Assembly: GCA_951406725.2 (NCBI GenBank)
Contig: OX597833.1
Span: forward strand, 56,544,001-56,608,000
Origin: Octopus vulgaris
Lineage: Eukaryota
Direction of reading: 5' to 3'
DNA: 64,000 bases
The notes below the pieces were generated by a model. That model had not been told where the DNA came from and did not search any database. It was given only the letters and a program-made list of their open reading frames with translations. Below, piece after piece: positions 39,835-53,438 of this stretch. Each line of letters starts with the position of its first letter. Position 1 is the first letter of the stretch. Both the position numbers and the translations under genes were made by a program.

Positions 39835-40070
39835 CATAATTTAACGTCCATTGTCCATGCTAGTGTGGATTGGATGGTTTGACCAGGGCTGGCAAGCCAG
39901 AAGGCTGCACCAGACTCCGGTCTGATTTGACATGGTTTCTATGAGTGGATGCCCTTCCTAACACCAACTACTCTGAGAGTGTAATGGGTGCTTTTATGTG
40001 CCATTGGCATGGGTGTCGTTTGTGTGACACCGGTATCTGCCATGAATGTGATTTTGCTTGGCTTCATGGG
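39835..40070 (-). mobile_element. RTE 3'-UTR fragment
   Basis: TTTAACGTCC..CCATGCTAG..GGATGCCCTTCCTAA core. Confidence 0.75.
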
Positions 40071-41046
40071 TCTAATGGATCACATGAAAATACACATGGC
40101 AAACAGGGAGAGATATAAAAAGGACACATTGCTAATGTAGTCCTGGTTACTCCTGTAGCTGTAAACACCATTAATCATAAATCTGATCAGGGTTGATGGC
40201 TGCAACAAACATCAAACATTACATGTATAGTGAAAACAGTTGGGAAAGAATTCAAGTTAATAGAAAAGACACAGCCCGTGGGTACCCTAAACTGATGGTG
40301 TCCACAGACTGTAACTTATATAAGATACAAGCGATGAAATGTTAACAATGGAAGGCAAAGACTAGAAGAAGCTGGAAAGAAGGAAAATGTAAAGAAGCAG
40401 TAACAAAAGTCAATGGATGTAATGAAAAAAAATGTGTGGAATTTGACATTGTTAGGAGAAATAATCTGATTATATCCTATAAAGGGGTATACAGTAAAAA
40501 TAAGTGTTTTGCTTGTAAAATATGACCACCCTAGTAAACTTTACTTGTCAGCACATATTTTCTTTTCCCAAATCACTAATTTCCTCAGGTTCTACTATTT
40601 CATTTATAGATATCAATTTTACCAATAGATTCTACATGAATGCTGTGTCAAGTTTCATCTTTGAAGACAAATATTTCCTTAATTTTTTCTGCAAACTTCT
40701 CCTTGTGTATGTGTGTGCGAGTGTGTGTGTGAGTGTGTGTGTGCATGCGTGTTCATGTGTGTGTATGTAAAATATTTAGGCACCAACAGACTTTAATGGA
40801 AGACTTGAAATTCTGTATATATTAGTGGTGGTGGTGGTGGTGGCAGCATGATTGTCATTATCATCCCTATTTTTACATTCCCTTTCCCATGCTGGTCAGA
40901 AGGGACTTTAAGGATGTGTTTTACCACCGGCTGCCCTGCCTGATGCCAATCTTTTTAATTGCATCATATGATACACATGTATATGGTGTAACTATCTCAA
41001 AACTGGGATATACAGAAGTTATACATGTGTGTGTGTATTATATATG

Positions 41047-41293
41047 TGGCACATAAAAAACACCATTTGAGCATGGCCATTGCCAGTACTGTCTAACTGG
41101 CTCTCATGCCAGTGGCACATAAAAGCACCCACTACACCCTCGGAGTGGTTGGCGTTAGGAAGGGCATCCAGCTGTAGAAACTTTGCCAGATCAGATTGGA
41201 GCCTGGTGCAGCCATCTGGTTCGCCAGCCCTCAGTCAAATCGTCCAACCCATGCTAGCAAGGAAAGTGGACATTAAACGATGATGATGATGAT
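41047..41293 (+). mobile_element. RTE 3'-UTR fragment with (GAT)n tail
   Basis: Same core as 3090-3523. Confidence 0.85.
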
Positions 41294-41295
41294 AA

Positions 41296-41364
<69 letters not shown>

Positions 41365-41589
41365 ATATAGTGCACAATACAGTATCAATCAGGACTGAAA
41401 TATATTTGGGTGAATTAAATGTTAACACATTTTTTCTATGCTTTTGATGTATGAAGAAAGAGTGGGAGAAGTCTTCTGTATGTGTACGGGTATGAGCAAA
41501 TGCTTGTATTTGATCTTTTGTATTATCATCATTAACATTATTGTCACACATATTTCTCTATGTTTGCATGAGTTGGTTGGCTGGGCCTT

Positions 41590-42075
41590 CCCAGGCACCT
41601 TGTGAGCTTCAGCCTTTTGAAAATAGCTTTCACAACTTCTTCATATGTATTCCTTGGGTCACCGCATTCATAAGATCCTTCCACTTGGCTCACTTGACAC
41701 CCATTTATGCAGCTGTTATTGTCAATATTCAGCACATATTCATTCATACCAGCACAGTCTTCTCTCTTGAACACTATTTTTGATTCCTTCTCAACCTAGT
41801 TTTGTTATAAGCTCATTTTTGCTGTTATTCATGCACACATGAATCACACATCACACATCCAATGGAGCATGTTTAACTCATTTCTTCCCAGCCTTCATAA
41901 ATCCTCTTCATGTATACACATCATACAGTCTGCTCCTCAAATTGGAGTAAGAACCTTGTTTCATACAGGCAGAAATAATAGCACTCTGAACTTTATCCAT
42001 GCCATTATTACTTTGGCTATTATGTCCTTAGAGCAACCCTGTACACTGTTAAATAGGTTTCCTAGGTAACAGCTG
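41590..42075 (-). pseudogene. Old RTE RT relic (C-terminal part)
   Basis: CYLGNLFNSVQGCSKDIIAKVIMAWIKFRVLL...LGRNELNMLHWMC...QVEGSYECGDPRNTYEEVVK aligns by eye to the 4761-5832 protein. Confidence 0.75.
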
Positions 42076-42227
42076 CAAAACTACTTTTGAAGAACCCTCT
42101 TAATATTTAAAAGAATTATTTTGATTGAAACTCTTACTGCTAAGTACTCTTTTGCATAAACTAGTCTATAAATTAAAACTGACCTCAAAAAGACATAAAA
42201 ATCAGTGACAGGCAGGGTCTTCTTGAT

Positions 42228-42476
42228 AATTTTAGTAACTTCGAAGCTGAAATAGAGACATGTTCTTTGTCTATCTCCTTAACTTCTTGGAGATTTTAGG
42301 TATAATCATACTAATGTGTCCATCTGTTCTAATTTAATTAAATTCTATGTGTTTGTGCAGCTGAAGATTGCTCTACATTTTAAATTGATGTAATGATTGC
42401 ATTGTTCAATTAAATGGAGTTGCATGAAACGATCGTACTGCATTACCTCTGGATATCCTTGTTGCTTATTTTGATT
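42228..42476 (+). repeat. ~250-bp direct duplication, partner at 50398-50649
   Basis: Near-identical AATTTTAGTAACTTC...GTTGCTTATTTTGATT at both sites. Confidence 0.9.
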
Positions 42477-42596
42477 ATATATAAATATGTATATATATAC
42501 CAACTCACTTGGTGCTTCTAAGTATATTTATAAAAAAATATTCTCACATTCCAAAAGATATTATTTAGCATAATAAGAGAAGGTATTTGTTGTCAG

Positions 42597-42674
42597 GGGT
42601 TGCTTAGCTTAATTGATACAGGGCACTCAGCTGGAATTTGAGAGGGACAGGGTTTGATTCCCTCTAGTGGCTCG
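42597..42674 (+). tRNA. tRNA-like pseudogene or SINE head (GGA anticodon, short variable loop)
   Basis: Cloverleaf with acceptor GGGTTGCT/AGTGGCTC (several G-U), anticodon arm CTCAG-CTGGAAT-TTGAG, T arm AGGG-TTTGATT-CCCT. T7 run at 42683-42689. Confidence 0.55.
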
Positions 42675-42785
42675 CTAGTCACTTTTTTTCTATCCTCCAA
42701 GGGTATTTAACCGATCCTATTTTGCATTTGAGGTTTACTTCATTTTCTGTAAAATACCAACTCACTCAATGCTTCTAAGTTTATT

Positions 42786-42819
<34 letters not shown>

Positions 42820-42989
42820 TTATGTGTGTGTGCATATACACATGTACTACAATCTATCACAACTGGTTAAATACTGGCCTCTAACAGACAAAGTAAATAT
42901 ACTGGTCTGTGATGAAGTCATATATATATACATACAACAAAAGAATTTGATGCATAAAAATAAAATAAATGTGAATATAGAACTGTATG

Positions 42990-43240
42990 TCTCCACCACT
43001 GAGATCCCACTCTCACTGCACTGCTTGTGTTCCCATTGTATAGCATATGCCGAGCAAAACTACATCCCAAAGTGTACTGGGATTTTCTCCTCTCTATTGT
43101 TAATTACTCCTTTGATATTTGCTATGTTGACCTTTAAGGTCTTTGGAATTCTATATCATTCTTTCAAGCTGAGGACTTTCTCCTCAACTCTTCAACAGAA
43201 TGTACAATGAGAACCAGGTCACCATCCTGTATAAAGTTCT
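42990..43240 (-). pseudogene. Old RTE RT relic (upstream part with PHD remnant)
   Basis: EEKVLSLKE..LKVNIANIKG..QWEHKQCS resembles EEKFQVWKE..LRVNLAKTK..LWTHKRCS. Confidence 0.5.
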
Positions 43241-43736
43241 CATGTTTTCCCATTTCTGAACTCCTCTTTTATTACATTTTTGCAATGAAGTTTTAATACT
43301 ATTTATTCGAGGGAGCTTAATTTCTATAAGTACTACCTAAACTTGTTCTAACACTGAAAATTAAATATCTCTTTCATATACATTCTTAGTTATAGCTTAT
43401 GCCGGTGAGGAAAGATTTAATCCATATTGTTAGTACATATACATACATTTTTATGTGTGCCTTATATAGGAGTTTAATGTAGGGTTTTGGGTAAAGTATA
43501 TATGTTTACATGCTATAACTAAGGAGGACATTTAGATGCTAGATATTTGAAACTGGTATGATACTGAGATAGTGTATCAGTTTCAAAGCTAGAATTAAGT
43601 AGTAAGTACACCCATATCACTTTCTGAAAAGAAGAAAATTTAGATAACTTATGATCAAGAAATAGTGATGAAATGATTGGATAGTGATAACTCCTTCTAA
43701 ATCTGATTAATGTCATCTGTGCATCTAGCATACTTA

Positions 43737-43738
<2 letters not shown>

Positions 43739-43817
<79 letters not shown>
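43739..43817. repeat. (CA)n microsatellite
   Basis: Long CA run. Confidence 0.95.
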
Positions 43818-43818
<1 letters not shown>

Positions 43819-44412
43819 TTTATTTATTGTGCTCCTAATATTATTGGGCATGAAATTGTCTAAGATTTCTGACATACATATCAAACAGTCCACCTCCAAC
43901 CATTCGTTTTATTATATAAATATACGCACACGCATAACAGTATGGTATCGAAATGATTGGTTTGACATGTAGGTAGTATTTAATCAAATATTTAGAAGCA
44001 AAAATAAAAGCTGTATTAGGAAATTACAATACTACTTACTAAAATGTCATAGACACACTTAGCAAAACAAATGTTTTCAAACTAAATTTGTTGTGAAAAG
44101 CTAAGATATAAAAATCAATTATATTCAGATACATATACAGTTAGTACACTGAATTTGGCACACAGAAAAACACAGAGATCAAACACAAACAAGCAATGAA
44201 ATGCGTATTAGTGGTTTAGTTGTTACTTAAAAGCAAGAGTTGAGTAGCTACTTTTAAACAACTAGTTGTATTGTTGAAGGCTTTTCAAGCTGAGATTAAT
44301 ATTTGAAGCAGATTGTTGAAAGATTATGCTTTTGGAAAGAACACTTCAAAAAGCAGTTTGGTAAATAAGGCTGTGAGAGGGCTGGAGCTCAAGCATGGGA
44401 TCACACTTTTAC

Positions 44413-44490
44413 CTTCATTGTCTTGATCTTTTTACGTGTAAGGTGACCTCGTATGCCAGCTTGAATCTTTGTAGCAGCATTCGTTTTCAT
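44413..44490 (-). CDS. Short IQ-motif exon MKTNAATKIQAGIRGHLTRKKIKTMK (reads on to VKV-stop at 44401 if the donor is not used)
   Basis: Hand-translated. Matches IQxxxRGxxxR and closely resembles the GAP-43 IQ ([20 protein letters not shown]). Bounded by ttgcttag acceptor and AAG|gtaaaa donor; 78 bp, phase 0/0. Confidence 0.7.
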
Positions 44491-47400
44491 CTAAGCAATA
44501 TCAGGGTAACGTGAGTACATTTGAGAACAGTTTCATTGTTTTAAAATGACATCTTAAACAATGAATGGCTTTGAAATAATGGGAAATTTGACATAGGAAC
44601 AAAATAAGAAAATGGACAAAGAAAGTATTTCACAATTACAAAAGTTTGAAGTTCATTTTGACAAGCACTAGGACAAAAGAAAGGCAAAATAACAGCCAAA
44701 GGTAAATGTCACTATAGACATAATAATTTATAACTTACACAATTGTATTTCATGAGGTTGATAAGTTAAATGATGTAAAAGAATAAAATATATATACAAA
44801 CTCAATGAAAATATGCAGTGTGTGACAGTCCTCCATTCAAAATGATGAATAGAGGAATAAGTTGTAGTATAGAAGCAAAAAAATTCAAGTGGCAAGTGAA
44901 ATTTTACTGCTACTGGTAGCAGAGATGAGATTGTTGCCATGAGAAACAGAAAATTTATTATAAAACCTTTAAGCCGTAATGGTAAATGGAAATGATTACA
45001 AATAAAATATTTTACAGTAACTGGCTACAAACAAACAATTAAAGAAATTGACATGTGAAATATTGGAATTTTGACCAATGGATCAATGATCTGAAATGAA
45101 ATTTTAAACAATGGAGATTGATTTGCAGTTGTACAAGATTGTTTATGTAGGAACTACAAAGCTATCTCTCTCACAGTTTTGAACTATCTTTACTCTGTTG
45201 ATCTTCAACATCAGAAACTTGTGGAATGACAATACACTGACTGACACTGTGAATCTAACTTAATAGAGTACTGCTATTTATTTTATCAATCCTACAAGGA
45301 TGAAAGGTAAATTCAATCTCAGACAGAAGACTTGGTCCGAATGCTCATATCGGAATGAACTTCAGGTGGTGATGCTAAACAAAGTGATGTGTTGTCTATC
45401 ATCCAGTGTAATGTAATGACATTCCACAAGTTTCTGGTGGAGATGAGAGATCAGATCCTCCATAGTTTCTCCAGCACCCCCCCCCCCTAGTTTGTTCCTT
45501 GCATCACAGCTTCTGTAGAAGGAGCCATTATTCAACCAATGAACAACAATATACCAACATGGAACAACACAATCCAGTGTCAACTTAATAGGTTAATGAA
45601 TTAAATATATTTTTATAATATCCTCCTTCTCCATCAATTTATCGACACTCCACAGGTCGCTTGTATTAAACTATTAGATGTAGGAATATAGTTGTATTAA
45701 AAAAAAAATATTTGAAGCAAGAATCAATACACACGGAAGGAGCATGATGACTTCAATGCTTTCTGAGAGTTAATTTGCCAAGCTGAATGCTATTCAATCT
45801 AAAGTATGTTTCATTTTGTATAATTTTAGAGAGTTTATTTATTAATTTGTTCATATTTTTTTTTCAGTAATCTGTGTTATTTCCGGCGTAGTTTAACTGC
45901 TGTGAATTTTCTCTGCTATTTCCTCCACCTTAGATGTTCACAAAGCTTTTTAATGAAAATTTGCATAACTTACACTCTTACAATATATAGATAGATACTA
46001 GTGAATGCTCAAGGCATTGAACTATTTTGGAAAGAAGAAAAAAAACAAAACAATTGCATTGGAATGGTAATATCTAACAAACAGTAAAACAGCTGCTACA
46101 AAAGGAAGAAACTTATTAAAGTAAAAAAAAAAAAATGAAATAAAGTGTTTATATTATATTTTATTTGTATTAAAAGTTTTATTACATATATTTTATGCAT
46201 GATAGTGATCCTATTAAATATTTCTGTGAGAGTGTATGTAGGAACACATCCTCAGTCTGTGTGTGTGTGTGTGTGTGTGTGTATACACAAACACACAAAA
46301 AGATGAATCAAAGTAATGCAAATAAAAATTGCGTTACTTTTTGACTCACCCTTGTATGTGGATGTATGTATATACAATATATACACACATACATACATGC
46401 ATGTATGATGATAAGCAAGCACGCAAATACACACATGCAATAATTTTCCATAAAATTGTTCTGTCTGCATCTATACGAAAATCTGCATTAAATCTCAATT
46501 ATTATATAAATTAATGTATGCATTTGTTTACACATATACGTGTGTGTGTGTGTGTGCGCAAACACACACATCATTAAATGTCTACATGTATACATATTCA
46601 TACATGAAGACATTTATGTAGATCTATTGATAAATATATAAACTAATGCAAATTGGATGCTCACACTCTTCCAGTATGGCGTATGCATGTTGTGTGAAGA
46701 ATATCGGCACATTGATAATTTAATATTTCTATTCATGTAACTATAGCATTATTTATATGTATCTTAATGTACACCATACATATACACACTTAAATGAAGA
46801 TAGCATCTTTAGAAAATTCAAATCCGAATGGACATATACATCTTTACTTGTGAACATATAATACATGCATATCTACATAAACTCATTACCTAAACAGCTT
46901 TTTATGACTATATACTAACATGTATATATATATTTATAGATATATATATAGAGTGATAAACTGAAAGAGAGAGAGAGGATTAGAGACAGAAAAAGCAGGA
47001 GAGATATCCATAGTTATCTAGGTGTGCCTAATTTCATGCAGAACAAGATTTGTTTCTGCAAGAAATAAGCCAAATAAAAATGAAAATATATTTTACCAAG
47101 GAGTGAAAAACAGCTCTGAAAAATCATTTAAAATATCAATGAGAGCTTCAGTAGAAATAAATAATTAGAATTGTTTCATTCTTGTCAATGCTGTGTCAGT
47201 TAACAGTAATAAACTTTATGTTAATATTACTACTATTATTATTATTTGATAGTAGCACATCTGCTTCCAAGTGTTAGCTTGCTATGACAACATTATAGCA
47301 TCGTGGGAGGATAGACTGAAAAATCTTCCTGTTGTTATTGTTATCTTCAGGTTGTCTTGAAGCTCAAGAGGAGCTGTAAGATTTGATGCAAATAAAAATA

Positions 47401-49369
47401 GTCTGTTAGCAATATCTCATCAGGCTGAGTTCATGACAGTTTCAATTGCCATAAATATATATTCTTTTATTTGTTTCAGTTATTTGACTGTGGCCATGCT
47501 GGAACGCCAAATATATATTTGCTAATTTGTAACTGCAAGTTATAGCCATAGACAATGATATGGAGAGAGATGTCCTCTACTAAATTAATTTACTGTTGAC
47601 ATACCATATGAAGTAAAATCTTTTTGCTGTGACATGCAATTTACTATATTCTATAGAATATTTTATTTCTATTTTGATAAAAAGCATATAACATTAATGC
47701 TTTTTCCAAGAATATTTAGAATCAAAACTAAGTCACGAGCTTGGTTCCCAGTAGCTTACCTTGTTCTCTATGATTCAGCAAATTGCTATATGAGTGTATT
47801 ATAACATCAGAATCTTAGCTTAGGGGAGTAATAGTTGGGTCAGGATATATGTCAGCAGTCATCCAGAATTAGCTAATTTCTGTTGTTGACATGCAGTGAC
47901 GAAATCCTAATGGCAGTATGGTTAAAATGTTCGCTTTACAACCACATAGTTTTAGGTTCAGTCTCACTTCATGACACCTTGGGCATGTGTCTTCTACTGC
48001 AGCCCTCGGACCATCCAATGCATTGGGAGTAAATCTGGTAGATAGAATCTGTACAAAGAACATCATTTGTGTGTAAGTGTGTGTGTGTATGAGGGCTTGT
48101 ATTCTGTGATCGCATGAAAAAAAAATCACTGAGCTATAGCAAGTGTTCTTAGTCAAAATAAAAATCACCTAGTAGCCATGTGTATTCAAAGATTAAAGGA
48201 GCAAAAGTCCCTCACTTGAAATGACATTAAGGATTAGTGGTAGGAAGAACAACTGGCTATAAAACACTGCCTCAGGATTATGTATTCATCTAATGAATGC
48301 TAGCAAGAAATAACAAATATTAAAAAGAATGAACAATAATATATATCATTGTCATCATCATTTTACATATACTTTCTGTGCTAGACTGGTTTGGAAGATA
48401 CATCATGAACTAAAAAACTTTTTAGTTCATTAACAGGCATTTAATGAAGTTCAAAGTAATAGATGTCTATATTAAATCAAAAGGTTAATCCATAGGAAAA
48501 AATTATAGGAAAATAAAAAAAAAACGTCCAGTATATATTAGGACAGTTATTCCTTATCCAGGGTTAAAAACTTGAAGTAAAAGTGATTAAAATAAAAATT
48601 TACTTTATTCGAAAAAAAATATGCTCTAGCCTGCAGCATCATTCTCTAAAATAATATATTCCATACAGCATTCCAAGTTGTATGGGTCTGGTTTAGACAG
48701 ATGGCAATGTTCTACACATGTACACATACAAAGTCACATAAACATACATTGAAACATATACAATTTTTTTGGGTATATAAATTTTACAAGACTACCATTA
48801 TTGTTACAATCATCATTAATATATATTTTTTACAAATGTTGTATTATGCCACTGAACTGACATCACCCCTACCGCTGCCACAGCCACCATCATTATTCCA
48901 TATAATAGTGGTGATAGTACAAAATCAAAATGAATGACAGCATGCCATTCAGTTAGGTTTTCTACCATTATGACCATGAGGTCTAATAATCTTGAATCTG
49001 AACATTTATTCCAATATCTTCATTGTCTGACTCAGTGATAATTGCCTTCCATTGTCAATATTTAGTAATTTTTCATTCAGCAGGTGTCATCCATTTTCAT
49101 CAGGTGTCCATAACAATAACACTCTCACTCCTCCACATGTCCACAAGCATTTTTAATGACTAACCACTTTCTCAGCTGGTTTTTCATACAAGTCAATGTT
49201 AAAAATCCAATGGATCAAACATTTTACACATTACTACATCTGTATTTTCTGCAGACAGAAACATTTATACTTGAAATGAGGAAACAATTTCCTAAACTTC
49301 ATCCACCTCTTCTTACTATACTGCAACACCCAACTATCCTAACTACATTTCACATGTTACTTTCTCCGT

Positions 49370-49992
49370 GCTAGCAGGCTGCAAAGAGCACCATATGAGC
49401 ATGATCATTGACAGAGCAGCTAACCGGCTTCTGTGCCAGTGGCACTTAAAGGGCACAATTCGAGCATGTTCATTACCTATTTCTTTATTACCCACAAGGG
49501 GCTACAATTTGAACTCACAACATAACGCAGACGAAATACCGCTAAGCATTTTGCCCGGTTTGCTAACGTTTCTGCCAGCTTGCCGCCTTATCATTACCAG
49601 CGTCGCTTTACTGGCACTCGTGCCTGTGCTAGTAGGGTGCCAAGAGCACCATCCAAGTGTGATCATTGCCAGAGCAGCCAACTGGCTTCTGTGCCAGTGG
49701 CACGTAAAAGGGCACCATTCGAGCATGATTGTTACCAATGTCGCCTTACTGGCACCTGTGCTGGTGGCATGTATAAAAGGATTCAAGCGAGGTCATTGCC
49801 AGCACCACCTGACATGTAAAAAGCACCCACTACACCCTCGGAGTGATTGGCATTAGGAAAGGCATCCAGCTGTAGAAACTCTGCCAAATCAAGACTGGAG
49901 CCTGGTGCAGCCATCTGGTTTGCCAGCCCTCAGTCAAAATCGTCCAACCCATGCTAGCATGGAAAGCGGACGTTAAACAATGATGATGATGA
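49370..49992 (+). mobile_element. RTE 3'-UTR fragment interrupted by a deleted SINE B (~49477-49588, minus)
   Basis: RTE core and GAT tail; TCATTACC duplicated around the SINE piece. Confidence 0.75.
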
Positions 49993-50765
49993 CTTCTGTA
50001 ATAATTGCCATATCTAATATCTTTGTTACATGTTAATTTCCTAGATATCACATTGCACTTACTGTGTAACTGCTGCTTGCACTGACTGCTCAGTATAGAG
50101 TTTCATGGCAAGACCAATTCTCTAATGGTTTCAATTTTTCTACTCTTAGCTACTAACTAGTGCTGCAGATTTCCTTGCTTTGACTTTTGGTCTTTAGCCT
50201 TTGTACCATTCTTACATTGGAAATATTTTATGTAATTCTTTATGTAATTTAGCAATGGGAACCAATATTCACTCCTCCTCAGCTCATAAGTGCTTTCTCA
50301 AGAACTACATTGATAAGAAAATGGTTGAGAACACAATTTTTCTTCAAATGTCTTTACTCTGGGTGGTATTTTCAAATAACATTCGTTGTATTTCATAAAT
50401 TTTAGTAACTTCTATGCTGAAGTAGAGACAACATGTTCTTTGTCTATCTCCTTAACTTCTTGGAGATTTTAAATATAATTATACTAATGTGTCCATCTGT
50501 TCTAATTTAATTAAATTCTATGTGTTTGTGCAGCTGAAGATTGCTCTGCATTTTAAATTGATGTAATGATTGCATTGTTCAATTAAATGGAGTTGCATGA
50601 AATGATCGAACTGCATTACCTCTGGATATCCTTGTTGCTTATTTTGATTTTAATCACCATACTTTGAAATTGTATGGATAATACCGTACTAAATTCTGGT
50701 GCCTCAACCATATTCATCTGAATCTAAATTTTTGATGAACTCATCTACCATACCCAAAGTATAAG

Positions 50766-50798
<33 letters not shown>

Positions 50799-51869
50799 AT
50801 GTATATATATTTGTCCCTACTCACCATCACTTGGCAATTGATGATGGTGTGTTTATGTCCCTGTAACTTAGCGATTTGGCAAAAAGGAATGATAGAATAA
50901 GTACTAGGCTTACAAAGAATAAGACCTGGCATCAATTTGTTCAACTAGAGGCAGTGCTCCAGCATGGCCATAGTCAAATGACTGAAACCAATAAAAGAAA
51001 ATAAAAGAAAGTTATCATGCTTAACCTGCAACTCCTGGAGGAAGTCATAGGAATGCTCCTGTGAAATACAATATCTTAGGCACCTAAAGATGGTGGAGTC
51101 TATCCTTCATCAGTTTTTTGCTATAGTTCGTTTCTTTAAGAAAGAGAGAGAGAGAGAGGAGGAGGGAATGGGAGAGAGTAAGGGAGAGAAGAACATGTCT
51201 CAGTACTAGACTGGTTCTTTATTTATTGACCCTGAAAAGTTGAAAGGCAAATTTGAACCCAGTAGGATTTGAACTCCGCGCACAAAGGGCCAGAATGAAT
51301 ACCATAAAACACTGTATTCAATGCTTTATCAAATCTACCAGTTCCCAATGCTTGTCATTCTTATCAATGAACGTTTTTGTCAATCTCATTCAATTATTCT
51401 GTGTGGAATTTCAAATGAACTATTATTGCAGTCCGACCTTCATGAAAGGAAAAAATATATTAATACAACCTTGTTTAATTAACACTCTATTGACTTATCT
51501 GGTAAAAAAAAGAAAAGAAGAAAGAAATAATTGATATCAATCAATGCAATAATTTACTTTTCAATGTATAGCATCACCGTTTTCATGCTAGCATTGATAT
51601 GATGCAGTTTGTTAAGTAGTTGCTTCAGATGTTTTTACAGTTGAATGTCCTCCTTACAAATCAGTCAATAGCAAAACTAAGAGTGAAATTATTAATAATA
51701 ACATATAAAAATTATTATTTTTTTAAGCAGGGTCATCTGTGTTGTTCAGAGTCCATAGTGAGGTTTGAACTTATGACCATGTTATCATAATAATTCTTTC
51801 TAACATTGAAGAAAAGACAAGTTAATTAATTACAACAACCCTAGTATGTGACTGGTATTTTATTTTATA

Positions 51870-52318
51870 GGTGTAGGAGTGGCTGTGTGGTAAGTAGCTT
51901 GCTTACCAACCACATGGTTCTGGGTTCAATCTCACTGCGTGGCACTTTGAGCAAGTGCCTTCTACTATAGCCTCGGGCCGACCAAAGCCTTGTGAGTGGA
52001 TTTGGGAGACAGAAACTGAAAGAAGCCTGTCGTATATATGTATATATATATATGTATGTGTGTGTATATGTTTGTGTGTCTGTGTTTGTCCCTCTAACAT
52101 CACTTGACAACCGATGCTGTTGTGTTTACGTCCCCGTAACTTAGCAAAAGAGACCGATAGAATAACTTAGCAAAAGAGACCGATAGAATAACTTAGCAAA
52201 AGAGACCGATAGAATAAGTACTAGGCTTACAAAGAATAAGTCCCGGGGTCGATTTGCTCGACTAAAGGCAGTGCTCCAGCACGGCCACAGTCAAGTGACT
52301 GAAACAAGTGAAAGAGTA
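51870..52318 (+). mobile_element. SINE family A with an internal 26-bp triplication (52137-52214)
   Basis: TAACTTAGCAAAAGAGACCGATAGAA x3. Confidence 0.85.
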
Positions 52319-52692
52319 ACCTCAAAAGGATAAAAATAAGTTGAAATCAGCAGAATCTGAACTCAGAATGTAAACAACCAGAAGAAATGTTGTTAAGCGT
52401 TTTGTCCGACATGCTAATGATTCTGCTAGCTTGCTGCCTCGATAATAATGATAATTATCTATAATATCAGGACAAGGCTACAAATTTAAGGTGGGAGGAA
52501 AGCAGTTGATTATAGTGACCGTGTGCTTGATCAGTACTAATAGAGGGACAGCACCATGGATGTGGTAGAGGAGGAAAAGCTGATTGTATCAATGGAATAT
52601 GTGACTGGTACTTTATTCATCAACCCCTAAAAGATAAAAAGCAAAGATAACCATGGCGACACTTAAATACAGAATGTTTTGAGCCATATAAT

Positions 52693-52743
<51 letters not shown>

Positions 52744-53438
52744 CGTAGGAGTAGCTGTGTGGTAAGTAGCTTGCTTACAAACCACATGGATCTGGGTTCA
52801 TTCCCACTGTGTGGTCGCTTGACAACCAATGCTGGTGTGTTTATGTCCCCGTAATTTAGCGGTTTGGCAAAAGAAGCCGATAGAATAAGTGCTAGGCTTA
52901 CAAAGAATAAGTCCTGGACCCATTTGCTCGACTAAAGGCAGTGCTCCAGTAAGGCCACAGTCAAATGACTGAAACAATTAAGAGAGTAAAAGAGTAAAAC
53001 CTTTCTACAATAGCCACAAGTCTTGAAATTTTGATCGAGGGGGCTTGTTGATCACATCAACCCCAGTGCTGAAATGGTACTTATTTTATTGACCCCAAAA
53101 GTATGAAAGGCAAAGTTGACCTCAGTGGCATTTGAACTCAGAACATAAAGATGGACGAAATACTGCTAAGCATTTTGCCCGGTGTGCTAACGATTCTGCC
53201 AGCTCACCGCCTTAGCAATAATATTAATAGTTTCAAATTCTGGCACAGGGCCAGCAGTTTTTGAGGGGAGGGGAGGAGAGGTCAATTACATGGACCTCAG
53301 CACTTGACTGGTACTTATTTCATTGACCAACCCAAAAAGGATGAAGGGCAGAGTCAATCTGGGCAGAATTTGAACTCAGAATAGAAAGACAGACAAAATG
53401 CCACTAAGCATATTGTTTGCCACACTACCAGTTCTACC
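52744..53438. mobile_element. SINE cluster: internally deleted family A (+, 52744-52997) and two family B copies (-, 53045-53212 and 53280-53438)
   Basis: Homology to other copies in this window. Confidence 0.75.
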
